DNA from: Oculina patagonica
Taxonomy: Eukaryota
NCBI RefSeq assembly: GCF_052425735.1
Contig: NC_135763.1
Span: 32,736,001 to 32,800,000, forward strand
DNA: 64,000 nt
Reading direction: 5' to 3'
Shown: piece after piece, positions 37,177 to 50,071 of the stretch
Position numbering within the stretch: the stretch's first letter is position 1
How the letters are laid out: every line of letters begins with the position of its first letter
Position numbers and translations under genes: made by a program
Notes under the pieces: generated by a model
Databases searched by the model: none
Seen by the model: the letters and a program-made list of their open reading frames with translations, nothing else
What the model was told of the DNA's origin: nothing

Positions 37177-39232
37177 CATCATGTATGTCATTAGGAATTA
37201 AAGGTAAGACGTAAGAGTTATCTTTGGTTTGAACGTTATAGACTTTGTTCCCATGGTGTGTATTAAGCAAAAAATTACTATTACTTTACATGTTCCATAA
37301 GTTGTTAGAATTAATGTTATAAATTGGTTTGACAGAGTTTTCTGGTCTGGTGTATGACTGGTCACAATGACCAGCAAACCTAACATTTGCCTGGACAAAT
37401 CATCATCTTGGCCGGACATTGTCTTTTGACCAGCGTTATTTTGAGCCCTGGTATCGGGCAATTCCAAAAGTGGCCATCCCCCCTCCCTCAGGCATTTGAC
37501 TTTTTTGAAAAATTTTAGTCAAATTCCCCATGCCACAATGTTGGCAGTTTAGACGGTCAAATACCCCACCAGGCAAGGGCTTCACAGAGCGTCAAATTCA
37601 AAACCCTTTCCAGAATTTAAAAACAAAACGGATAAACTAAAAAAAAGAAAAAAGGCCAATGTTTACTTTCGCTCTCTGTGTAGCTTGAAATCACTTTTTC
37701 TATCTCTGCTTATCAGTTAAGCTTAACTATCAGAATTATCTGCGAAAGGTTTCTTGTATTAAATACCTTATCGATAACACTTTACAAAAATTCAATGAAT
37801 TCGTGAGTAAAATTTTGCTATTAAAGATTGATCTTTAAGCTTATTTCACAAAATATGTAAATGTACACTTTCAGAAAATATCCATATCCACCATATTTGG
37901 AAGTTCCGAGGGAGTGGGGGTTTCAGAAGCCAATTAAAATTTTTAGAGGGAAGTATGGAGCCTAACTAGAATTTCCAGAGGGTTTGCAGGGATCCATATT
38001 CATTTTTTTCTCCAAGTCGTCAGCCGGGGAAGTATGCAAGATGACATACTTGCCCTGGCAAAATTTTACTTGCCCGTTCAAAAGTGAAAAATGGCGACCG
38101 TACAACAAGTAAATGAAAAGTTGACTTTTTTGTTATTATCACATGTATGTAACACTGTGTATACATGAAATCTTCAAGACAACGAATCTGTTTTAATAAA
38201 GTTTGATTCACAAGTATTTGTTAATGAGACTTTTTACTTGTCTACCTTGGCTGCCGGTTTACAAATTTCACAAAACATCACGCCCCCAAGCGGCTTGCGA
38301 TGTTGCGGAAGCGTATGATGCGGGCACAAATGAAAGCCAGGGCCTCTTCGACTGCAACCATGGAAGAAAAGAACGCTTTTGCTCTTCTTATTCATATTTG
38401 GTTTGTTTTTCTGAAGTGTTAACATTGCTTTTTTTTCTTTGCTGGCAGCGCCAGACCGAGATAACGGCAAATTTTGATCAAAACATCAGCTGATGCGATC
38501 GCTTCGTGTTTTCGCGGATGCAGCTGCAGTACAAAATATCAGCGGTTGAGAGCTTGAAAATTGAGCCTGCAATGATTTCATTGATGGAAAATACCGCATC
38601 AGCCATGATGGCGGCCAAAATTATGATTTTATCGCGACAAAAAGTTGCAAATTATGTTCTGTTTTCGAAAAGTTATGAATGGACATGTTCTTTTGTGTGA
38701 TTATCAATTGGTCATCAATTGGCAGACGCTGATCGATGCCAATTGACTAACTGTAATCAACTGCCATCCATTGACAGATTTCAGTTCAGGGATTTTCATT
38801 GTTTGTTCAGGCCCTGCTCTACATGCATGACACGCAGGAATTATGTTAGTTGTAGCTGTTGTAAAACAGTAAATAGACAGTACAACCTTCTGTTTGGTGA
38901 AAAAAAACTGTCTTGAATGTGAGCACCAGCTAGAAACAGTAAGGTTGATTACAGGGCTTGAAATTGCGATTTACTGGTTGCCAATTGATGCAACCAACAT
39001 TTCTTCCTTGGCGACTTAAGATTCTGGTTTAGGTGCCAATGTGGTGACTTCATTTCAGTCTCTGTGTTAAGATGAAAACAAATTAACAGTCCTTTCGCAG
39101 GTGTTGTGTCCTTTGGTCCTTCCAGAAATTTATGCTGAATGGAAGATCCTTGCTCCAATCCACCTTTTTTGCTTTACCGCAAAATATTCTATCACATTAT
39201 TTTTGTGATAGTGTAAGGCTGCGTAACACCTT

Positions 39233-39453
39233 GCAACCCTCCAAGTTTACTTTTTTCCTTAGTGGCCATTTGGCCACCAACTTCTCAAGTTTTGGTCGCC
39301 AGTGAAAAATTTTAGTCACCAAATTAAGCTGATGCTTTCAATCATTCCTCTCAATTTTAGTCGCCAGGCTGGCGACCTTGGTTTAAATTTAGTCGCCAGC
39401 TCCAAAATTTTAGTCCCCATGGCGACTAAAATGGTCTTAACTTGGAGGGTTGC
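39233..39453. mobile_element. MITE with 3-bp TSD
   Basis: Perfect 15-bp TIR GCAACCCTCCAAGTT / AACTTGGAGGGTTGC, with CTT on both sides. Internal TTTAGTCGCCA repeats. Confidence 0.75.
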
Positions 39454-39581
39454 CTTGTAACACTGTGTAACACTGTGTTACACCTGGACATCAAATTTTT
39501 GCTTTTACATTGTCTGGTTTAAATACTTTATTATTTTTTCAGGTTAAAGGAACATCTGGTATTTGCAAGTCTTGAATCATC

Positions 39582-42500
39582 ATGTCTGCAAAAGACACTG
39601 CAGATGGTTGTTCGGGCCTCCTAGAGAAGCTACACGCTTTTTTGCCTCATGATAAGATTTTGGTTGGAGTTAACAACTTTCAAAAGCCTCTCAAACTCCT
39701 TGCTTCGATTGATGGGCTAGGCAAGGGCCCAAGGTTCTTTAAATCCATACAAAGCTATGTTAAACAGTCTATTCTGAAACCCTTGAGTGATTGCCAAGAC
39801 AAGTTTATTATTCTAGTTCACCAAGATGATGCCTTTAGTAAACTTAATGTCCTTTCCACCTTATGTGCACTTGCTTATGACATGGGTGACAAAGTTTGTT
39901 TGGAAGAAATAGCAGATCAATATCAACACTACGTTGGTGTTGGCCATCAGGTGAACAACCTTGGAGTGATGTTTACTGAGAGGATGGACTACAAGAGAAG
40001 TGAGACTTGCTTTGTAAGTGCCAAAAGATGCTTTGAATATGAACATGACAATCTGGGAAATGCTGTTGCCACTTTGAACTTAGCAATTCTATACAAGCTC
40101 CTTGGAGACTATCAAAGTGCATGTTCTTGCTGTGATGGTGCAGCTTCCTTGTGCCATGATGTCTCAATGAGAACAACAAACGATGTTGGCCTGCTCTGGA
40201 AATTGCTAACAAGAGTTGCTGGTTTGTGCCAAGAATTTGGAAACTACAAGCGGTATCAAGATATTCTACAACTTGGTGTGTTCTATGACATTGGCAGTGT
40301 CAGTGAAGCCTCCCAAGTTAACTTGACAAAGCAATTGATGACTTTGCAGCTTCAGGAACAGTGTGGTGAGAAAATTAAAGGTGAAGAACTGGAAGACTAT
40401 GCCTCCTGTTTGTTTTTGTTGATGGATCAATCCAGTACAGAAAAACTTTCCAAACCAGAGTTGATAAATGCTGACTTTATAACAATAGTTATGACTGTGG
40501 CAAAGATGTACCGTGATATTGATCACCTTGAAGAAGCATGCAAGTTACTAGAGAAGCTTGAAGCTACATTCCTGCTGGTACATGGCAGAAAGCACTCTCT
40601 CTATGGCTCATTGCTGTACCAAATTGGTAGCTTTAAACTTGGTGCTGGAAACGCAGCTGAAGCTTTTAAAACTCTTCAACAAGCTGAAGCAATTTTCGTC
40701 CATAACTTTGGCAAAGGTCATCACATAGTTGCATCATGCAAGAGTTTATTGGGTACCTGTGCCCTGGTGAAAGGCCAGACTAAAGAGGCATCTACTCATC
40801 TAACTGAAGCTCTAGTCTTGTTCAAGAAAATGAACCATCATCACCCAGAAGTAGCAGAGATATTTTTAAAGCTTGCCCTCCTGTCTAGTGAAGAAGGAAA
40901 TTTCCAGAGTGCCAAAATAACTGTGCAAGAAGCAGTCAATATTTTCATATCAGCTTGTGGTGACGTCTCCTTAAAGACAGGCAGTGCATACTTTCAAGCA
41001 GCAGTGATCTTGCAGAAGGCAGGAGAATCTAGAGCAGCTGTGGACAAAGTGAGGAAAGCCATTGATATCTTTCTTCAGCTTGGGCTGCGATGTGACCATC
41101 CAGATGTCAAGACTTGCCGTAGTTTACTTGGAGCATTGCAGCTCTCCCTGGGCGAGGTTGATGAAGCAGAGGAACAATTTACTGAAGTGCAACAGCAGGT
41201 ACCCTTACAAGATGAACCTTGCTTGACAGCGAAAGTCATTGCCCCTGAAAACACCAACATGTTCTTTCAAGCCAAGACTGGCTGTGGTACAGGTACATGT
41301 AGATACATGGGCCCCTGTCTTGGTGCTCAAGTGGTTTCTCTTGTCAATCTGGTGCGCATGAAAATGGGCCAGGAGAGAAGAAACCATCTGAATACACTGC
41401 TAAGCTGTTTGCAAGGGCATGACACAGGGGAGCCAATAGTATTAGATTTTGCAGGCCAGTCTGTGTGTTACATCTCACATCAACTTTGGACATCTGGCAG
41501 ATGTGTATACTGTATTGCAACTTCAGCTCCTCCGCCAGACTGTTTTCAAACTGATCATTCCATGAATGCTGATTATACATCATTGGAGTCTGAAAGTAGC
41601 AAACATCCTAATGTGTTCTTGTTGTCACCATCAAATGGCTATGGAAGAAGGCCATGTTCTATTCTGTTGTTGACGTTTCCTGAAGGTTTGGAAATGAAAG
41701 AGTTAAGCATCTCTGCCCTCTGTGAGAGTGTTAAAATGCTGTTTTTGAAACCAAAGTTTAAAGAAGTTTCTAACACAGAGGGGCAGGACTTCTACATGGA
41801 ACTGACATTGCCAAAAGATCCTTTTGCTTCTTTTTCACTGTCTGCTCAGATTGACCTCCTTCCTCTTCTAGTGAAGCTGAAACTATCAGACCTACACAAA
41901 GAATCTGGCGACATTGACTCAGTTGCCCATGCATCTTTGACCTCTGTTGTTAAGCCTTCAGCCCATGTCTCATACTTTTCATACAGACTTTCCAGTCAGC
42001 CCCAGGCTGAGCTTGTTTTTGGTAGTTTGATTTTCAGTTTAGGTCAGTCATTAGCACTTGCTAAGGTGGAAGGGATTGAAGTTTTTAATGGTTCTGCTGT
42101 GGATGATGGAGAATTTTTCCTTTTTCTGGAGCCAAGCAATTCCTCTATATCTGTTGTTGTGGAGAAAGAATCTGTTCTTGTGAAATGCCGGACTGTAAAT
42201 GAGTTTGAGTCACCTTGCATTTGTTCACTGGTAAAAAACATTTTGGATTGTACAATGGAGTCATTGTGTCATGTGGTCAGAGTGGCATTGGAAGCATCTA
42301 TGCAGTTACCTTGTGATAATGTTGGTAGTGACTGCATGAAAGAGTCAGCAAACTGCAGTTGTGGTTGTAGAGATTTCCAAAGTGAGTCTTGCTCTGGCCA
42401 TTCTTTGGAAACTTTGAATTTGCGTGCACACAAAAGAAGCCAAGAATTGGAATCTTATCACCTGGAGGGAAACCCATCTGGGGTAGAGTTGCAGAATGAG

Positions 42501-45500
42501 GTACCTAAAGTTTAATTTGTAAGCAGACTATGCTTGTTAATACACTGTAAAATGATTAGCTGGGTATAGTATGTCAACGATGGAGTGATTTTTAATGACT
42601 GCCATAACTAAACCATTAACCATAATGACAAAAGCTACAAAAAGTGCCAATCAGAATTTGATTTAACAACAGTGAATAATTTTAAATGCAATACTGTAGG
42701 TGTGAAGTGTAGGATGTACATGTATATGTATGTTACTTTACCATCTTAACACTTTACATCTAACCCATTCAATTTTAGCCATTGGAAAGACACTCTTAAG
42801 TATTTACTGTCAAACTTTTGTCAAACAGACACCTTTGGGGAAATATCACTCAGAGAAGTTTTCATATAAACTACCTTTCTTGCAAGTTTAAATGTGTGGA
42901 CAAAAATATAAAATAGCTTGGCTTGCCATGTCCACTGACAATATATTGAATTGACACCACAGTTTAATAACTTACCACCAAAATATTAGCTGGTGAAAGA
43001 TGTCACCTTGGGAAGTGTTACTTTTAATGGGGGTGGTGGCTTGATGAGGTACATGTATCGCTTTACATAATAGGAAGTGTTGTGACATAGGATTGAAGTG
43101 TTGTCTTAATGAAAGACCTCAAGAAGATTTTGTTACGTATTTCATTCAGTAAAACAGTGCTTTGTTTTTATAGAATGAGGAAGACATCCCATTTTATGGC
43201 CATCCTGATGACAAAATTAGTACAGAGGTTTGTGTGAGCCTGCTGGAATGCCTCTTGAGTAACAGACACGTTTCATCAGAGAGGCAGCAATCAGGCACTG
43301 GTGAGATGTCGTCAACTGATGCTTCATGTTTGGATGGAAGTATGCAGCTTAAGAGCTCTCTGTTATCACCTGGCTCCACCACATCACTGAACTCATTGCC
43401 TACAAGCCCATCCAATGCTGCATATGAAATGCCTGTGTTCTTGCAGAACATGTCACCATCTTTGGAAAAAGTGGAAGCCGAATCTTGGGATGAGACAGAT
43501 GATTCCAGTACTGGCCATTCGTCTGAGAATTCGTCAACTTCTTGTGTTGGTTGCAATGAATCATCTTTGAACTCGCAAGAGAAGTTATCCAATTCAACTT
43601 TTAGAGTCAACTTGCTCCAAGATAGCTCTGGATATGGAGAAGGTTTACCTTCAAAAGAAAGCTTTAATGATGTGGAAACAACACTGACCATGCAATTTAA
43701 AGATGGTACTGGATTAAGTAAAGATGAAACTCGAGTTCTTAAAAGTGAGGGTGAATATTTTCAGAGTCAGTGCTATGAACTAAAGCAGCAAATAATTGAG
43801 CTGGAGGAGCAGTTGCAACAATGTGAGGCAGAGAAACAGCAGCTTGAATTAGAATTAGGAAGGAAGTCTTTCTTTGAAGATAAACAGAAGCGCAGTGAGA
43901 AAGCTTTGCTGTCATCCAGGACACATGTCAGTGAGCAGAGCAAGTCTTTTACAGCAAGTGGTGCATCTTGTGCTTTTACCAGTATGGAAGGAAAACTACT
44001 GGGTGGAGGAAGTCTTCAACAAGAGACAGGTAAGTTACTGAATACTGTGACGTTTCTTCCAGTGTTTGCAGCAACATAGCCTGCGAGCAGGCTCTCTATT
44101 CGGGGGCAACGTGAGTATTGAACTGCTCGAGCGCCATCCCGCGAGTGCCGAAGGCGCGAGTGCGTGGGCGAAGCGGGCACGCCGAGGGAGAGCCTGCACG
44201 CGCGCCATTGAATTTCAAATCCGGCCCCTCGAAATGTGACAACTTGTTGACAACTCGCTACGCTTCCGGTGTCAATATATAGATCGAATGCTCGCGCGTT
44301 TATTTCGAAAAAAAGTTGTAAACAAAGAGAGTGAATGTTACTTTATCTGCAAGTGTACATTTTTGGTAAAATATGGAACTGGTAAATCGGTTCGCATGTA
44401 AACGGAAAATTTATTTGAAGCGTCAAATCGCGATGGGAGCCGCGGACAAGTGACGACAGATGTACGAACAAATTGAAAAACAATTCGCGATATTGTCTAG
44501 TTTGTCCAGCCGTGTGTTCGATTCCTGTCCCCAAAAAAATCAGAAAATCGAACTTAACTAGTGAGCATCACTCTGCGAACGGCATTTGGAAAGCTGCTTT
44601 ATTCTCCTGCGCGTTTCGTCCGACCGTCGCGGACTTCTTAGCCGATGCAAATATTAACTGCGTACTGACGCTCGTAACGCCAGTTAAATCTCGCAAAGCA
44701 ACACAGTTCAAGTTCTTCACCTGGCCCCGGGCACCTGGTCTTCAATTATGCTGGAAAGTGGGCATATTACTAAAACGATAGTGTCTGAGAGTCGCTCGTA
44801 AACTTTCTTCTCCACCATTGCCACTGCAAAGAGTTGAAATACATGTATGAAGCAATTGCCGTAACCGGTTTGGATAACCGCAAAAACATCTCGTCCCTCT
44901 AGAAGATCATTTACCGCATCTTCCTGTTCTTGTTTTAAGTTAAGGAGATCGTTAGAATCAAGCGAAAGTTTCCAAAATGCTTCATGATCGCTGCTGAACG
45001 AACTCGCGTGCCTATTCACGGACGCCGGCCGTAGTTGATTTGGCTTTGATGTGGACGCTGGTTTTTTCTCACATTAATTGAGTCTGTCATTTTTGACCAA
45101 TCAGAGTGCTGCGTTCGTGGACGAACGCGCCGGATTTAAAATTCAATAGCGTGCGTGCAGGCTCTCAATTTTAATTGCGGGCTCGCTTCGCTCGCCGACT
45201 CGCGCCTTCGGCACTCGCGGGATCGCGCCTTCGGCGCTCGAAGAGTGCAATATTCACGTTGCCCCCAAATAGAGAGCCTGCTCGCAGGCTAGCAGCAACA
45301 TGCTTATAAAACAAATTGTTTGATCTAAATCAAGCATGAATCATGCATGTGATTTTTCTGCGACAAAATTGTGCTGGTATAAATTGGACCAGTGTCGTGT
45401 TCTAAGCATGTAACATCCACTGTTGTAAGCAAATATCATGTCATATTTATTTTCCCCTTACGCTGGTGCTTCATAATTATATAAGGTACCTTCTACAAAT

Positions 45501-48500
45501 ATGCTACAAAGTCACTTGAAACAAATCAGCAGTTTTATGAGTGCAATTCTTGTTACAGTATATAGCACACAGGTTATTCATAACGTTCAGCTGCCTACTT
45601 GGTGTATGTACATGTACCTTTTTATATTTGCAAACATAACTTACAACTTACATTCAGTAACTTACAAACAGCACAATGCTTAAGGTTATTCCCCAGTATT
45701 GCATGGTGCTTCCCTACTGCGCATAATTTCATGCATGATTAGTGTACATGCACCAAAAATGGCAGCTTTTTCTTTACGGCTGGACCTTGCCAGACAGGTA
45801 AATCATTATTTTTTCGTAAATGAGTATTGACCTATCATTCTATCATTTTTTCTGTTGTTTCGAATTGAGTAGTAACTTTTTTCTGTAGAATAAATATGGA
45901 CCAATTCTCAGTGTAGAATAAGCAATAATCGTCGGAAACGCAAGTTAAGCAAGCCATGGTGACTATAAACAAGGTGCTGTTGCTCGTAGACTAACACGGG
46001 CACCCCCCCCCCCCCCGTTTTTATTTTCAAAATTTAAGTTTCTATAACATAAACAATCAATAGGCAAAATTTAGCAAAAATCTCAGTGCAGGTTCTATTT
46101 CAGTGGAATAACCTTAAAACAGTATTTTACATTACTAGCTTACAAAACCTTGCTTACAATGTTACAATACCTGATAACATTGCTGTACAGTACGTGCAAA
46201 TTATTGCTTTCAATATGGTACATGTACATTAGCTATTAAGTTACAACATTTCTTACAGTGCATTATCTAACAAAATTTTTAAGCACACTGAATTATAAAA
46301 GAGTTATATCTTGGGATGTCTTTCATTAAATTTGCAGGGCCAAATCAAAGAATCTTACCACCACCTTAACTTAAGCACTCTTGTTCTCTTGATCAGGTTT
46401 CTCACTACAAGGAAGACTCTTGGAAATCTCCAACTCCTTGTCAGAAGTTGAGCTGGAGCAGATGAAGTTCCTGGCCAGACCTAAAATCGGTTGCGTTCGA
46501 CTTGCCAGGATCAGGGAAGGTTTTGAGCTGTTTGAAGAATTGACATGTACCTATGTTAGAGAGCTACTCATAGGAATCCAACGCTTTGATCTTCTGGAGA
46601 AACTTGACCTGCCTTCACATGACAAAGAGGAAAGTGGTAAGTCAAATGCAAAACAAAAGAGATAATACTACGAGAGCAGCTGAATGTACATGTATACCTT
46701 AGTGATTTTTATTGCGACTCTTTCATTGCAGGTATTTCATTGGTGTTTGTGTCATAGAACATCACATTGTCACTTAGAGATAGGAAAATTTGCTTCTTGG
46801 GTTGAAAAAAAAAATTCACTTGTTTGCTACTCTCACTTATGAAATATTTTTCAACACTCAAAAGGAAATCTCTGTGCAGTCATTTCACATCCTCAATTTA
46901 TGTTTCTCAGTCAACACAATGATAACAATAGCAAAAACAGCTAACCAATGGATCAGTAGTCTTGATTTATCACCAAATTCCCATAACTTACGTTAATAGC
47001 AAAGATGTCAATCAGTTAGGAGAGTTGATAGTTCCCTCTTTTTCTGTTAACCTTTTTTGTAATGAATGTCTATTTTACTGTTCAAAGGTCATAGACAAGA
47101 TGGTGAAGTGAATGAAGACAACAATGGACTTCAAGAAGAACATTTTACTGCAGCTTTACCGGGTGGAGAATGTAGTGCCAATGACAAAATGGTTCTATCA
47201 ACTGCAGATAGCACACAAGGTTAGTAGGCCTTTTTATTCAACAAGACACTTAACTCATGCAGTATTTCTCTCTCCGTGCAGTCAAACTATAGCTAATATA
47301 CATGTATGAAAAACACACAAAACAAAGACATTTACACTTGTTACAAAAAAATTGAAAGTTACTTCCAGTCTTTTATGCGTTCTCGTCCCCAGAGTCGCTT
47401 GTCCCTCTTAGCTGACTGAGCCTGGGGCTCGAGGAACAAGTGGCTCTGGGGACACTTGATTTGATTGGCTAGTTTTTTTTTACAAAGGAAATTTAAATTT
47501 AGAAAATCAAATCAACCTTTTTAAAACCCCTTTGCTGAAAGGGATTTTACTATGGTAGAGACGAGTTGATAATATTTTTGTGGTAGTTATGTGGAGGTTT
47601 GGTGGGCTAATGGTTTTGAATCAGACTAAAGATCTAGAAGTTGTCAGTTGGAAGTCTGGCAATGTGTTATGCTATTCAGCAAGACACTTAACCCTTAGAC
47701 ATGCTTAGAGTATCTCTTTTTCACAGCGTTGAAACATTATTGATTGAAAAAAGTAAATTGGTCCCTTGCATTTTTGTAGGTTGAAAGGTTTGCTTTTACT
47801 TTGTTTTTGTTTTTGTTTTTGTTTTTTTTCTTTTTTCGTTTCGTTTTTCTTTTTTTCAAAGGAAGGCTGCCCTTTTTTGTAATATGATGTGATATGCAAA
47901 GAATATTGTTCAGTGGCAGAGCCAGACCTTTAGAAAAGTGGGGAGCCCGATCATCCAGACCCTGGAATAAGTGGGGAGGGGGCGCTCTCGAAAATAATTT
48001 GTCACAGCCCTACTGGCCCTCTTTTTGGCCTAAAAATGAGGTAGGGGCTGGGGGGCCCTCCTATAGTTCCACTTCTTTTGTTAGCACAGTTGGTATTTTC
48101 AATATGTCATTGATTGCTGGAGCATGAACTACAACACAAAGAAAAAGTTGATTTTATGTGCCGCCATTTTATTTATGAGTTCCTTTTATATTTATTATAG
48201 ACTCATCAGGAGACAGCCAATTTACCAATAGAAGTACAGAAGGATCAGGTAGTATTAGAAGAAGAGAAGATCATAGTAGCTCTTCAGACGAAAGCGAAGT
48301 GGTTGAGGCGAACAGTCCCACAAGAAACTCTTCAGCATCCTTGAGTATGTGGGAACGTTCAGGGGCAAGACCAAAGGACAGAGCCTCCATGCAAAGTGCC
48401 CCAGGGAAGTGGTTACTGACTGAAAAAGTACAGCAAGACCCTGCTGGTGTTGATGACATCCTCGCAAGGCGCCATTGTCAGGGCATAATAGAAAACAATG

Positions 48501-50071
48501 AGTCCATGCCAGTGGGAGCTGAAGCCTCGAGAGTGGCAGATTCTACCAGTACACCTGTCAGTGTTTGCTGGTGGGAGCGGTCTGGAGCTAGACCAAAGGA
48601 CAGAGCCCGTCTGCAAGGGGTACCAATAGAGTCATCACAGGCTGAACAAGTAAGGCAAGAACCTCCTGGTGTTTATGAAGTCTCAGCAAGGCACCAATGC
48701 GAAGGTGGGACAGAAGATGACGAGCCTATGCTACAAAGAACTGCAGCCTCAAGAGTGGCAGATTCCACCAGCACAGTTCTGTGCACATCTCTGGTTGTTC
48801 ACAGTACATCACATGGTGATACAGAGCAGCTTGACACCAGGACGGATAGTAGTTATGATGAAGATGAAGAATGTCTGCCAGTACCACCGCATTCAGCCAC
48901 TCTCCCTACTGGCGTTAATGACTGTATAAGTGAATCTCTAGAGACCACAAACAACAGTCGCCTTGCCACAAGAGAAGGTATGGAACAGCCGAACGTTGTG
49001 CAAGGTATTGCGCGGGCGCTAGCTCAGCAACAAAGGGAGAGAGAAGAGCAAGATAGAAGGTGAGGATGTTTAATTTTATTTCTGAAGTAAGAACTTCATT
49101 ATAGCAATAGTTCTGTCCATCTGTCAAAGACCTGAAATTGTTCACTGGCCAAAGTTGGAATTAATTTTTCTTCTGTATGCTATTTACAAGGCTAAAAGGT
49201 TAAAAAATTATAAAATTAAAAAGTTGAAACCAAACGTTTTCGGCTGTTTGCCATCATCAGGGTTAAAAAATGACCATCCGCACGCATGCATAAATCTCTT
49301 ATGTAATTCCCGTTGGGAAAAGTTCTGAAACATAAGAAATAACTTGTTTGTTCAAGCTGGGGCGGAATTGTTGGATCATCAGCCCCTCAACGATCCTACG
49401 CTTGTGGAATGTTTGTGCTGAGAGGAGAACACACCAGGTGAAAGAATGTGAAGGGTTTTCCCGCGGGTATTTTGCAGGTTCAGAGGTGTGAGCAGGATTT
49501 GAATGTTCCGCAATTCGCACTGCCAAGTTTTTTCTTCTGTTTAGAAATTATGTGGCACTTGAACATAATGACTTTGAATTTTCTTATTTCCATGGCTATG
49601 TGTTTTAACTCTGAATCAGAAGTTCAATCCTGGCTCAGGTCCCCAGGTTTGCATGCAATGGACTAGCATCCCATCCAGGGGGTAAAGCAACAGTTCAGAC
49701 TATTAGTAAAGCACCACAACATCGATACAACACATAACACACACATTACTCTTTAGATCTCTTGGACCACAACAAACGTAAACAACCATGTCCTAACCCT
49801 CATATGTGATTTGTTTGTGTTCGTTTTCATTGACTGGGTTGAGTTAAGTTTTCGGTGAAATATTCCACTTTAACAGCAAATACCATGCATGTCTTTCTCT
49901 GATGTAAAAGTCCCGTCTAGTCGTCCGGGACTAGTAGATTTTGCTCTCTTAAAGTAACTTTTTATGCTCACTTGCCCATTATTTTAACAACAGGTAAATG
50001 ATGAACTTTCCTTTTACGTTTTAAGACTTAGGGCCATGTGTCCTCACTCCGGGCTGATTCCTCGACTGTGA
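39582..50071 (+). CDS. Gene B: TPR array - unnamed domain - coiled coil - DED - disordered tail (~1670-1680 aa); paralog of gene A lacking CHY-RING
   Basis: Phase-compatible exons: 39582-42500 (acceptor 39542, in-frame TGA upstream of the ATG), 43174-44029, 46397-46636 (DED), 47088-47219, 48201-49059, and a tentative 50026-50071 (alternatively read-through to TGA at 49063). It has ~42-aa kinesin-light-chain-type TPRs, e.g. HPEVAEIFLKLALLSSEEGNFQSAKITVQEAVNI and HPDVKTCRSLLGALQLSLGEVDEAEEQF. Confidence 0.85.
44077..45291 (-). mobile_element. AcademH-like non-autonomous DNA transposon with a RecQ helicase remnant, in intron 2 of gene B
   Basis: TIR TAGCCTGCGAGCAGGCTCTCTATT..GGGGCAACGTGA / TCACGTTGCCCC..AATAGAGAGCCTGCTCGCAGGCTA. 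Perfect 9-bp TSD GCAGCAACA at 44068-44076 and 45292-45300. The minus-strand ORF LKQEQEDAVNDLLEGRDVFAVIQTGYGN..IVLVICPLSSIIEDQV carries RecQ Q/I/Ia motifs. Confidence 0.85.
46397..46636 (+). CDS. Death effector domain exon of gene B (6-aa internal deletion relative to A)
   Basis: FSLQGRLLEISNSLSEVELEQMKFL...GFELFEELTCTYVRELLIGIQRFDLLEKL. The exon is 240 bp versus 258 bp in A. Confidence 0.85.
48350..48790 (+). repeat. In-frame 222-bp (74-aa) tandem duplication in gene B
   Basis: WERSGARPKDRA...ASRVADSTST occurs twice, with the Trp codons at 48350 and 48572. Confidence 0.9.

Noticed and set aside
39582-42500. NLR (NACHT/NB-ARC) assignment for gene B
   Set aside because: No P-loop/Walker A motif is visible in either paralog.
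44717-45019. Host RecQ helicase gene
   Set aside because: Only a short degenerate fragment, enclosed by TIRs and a TSD.
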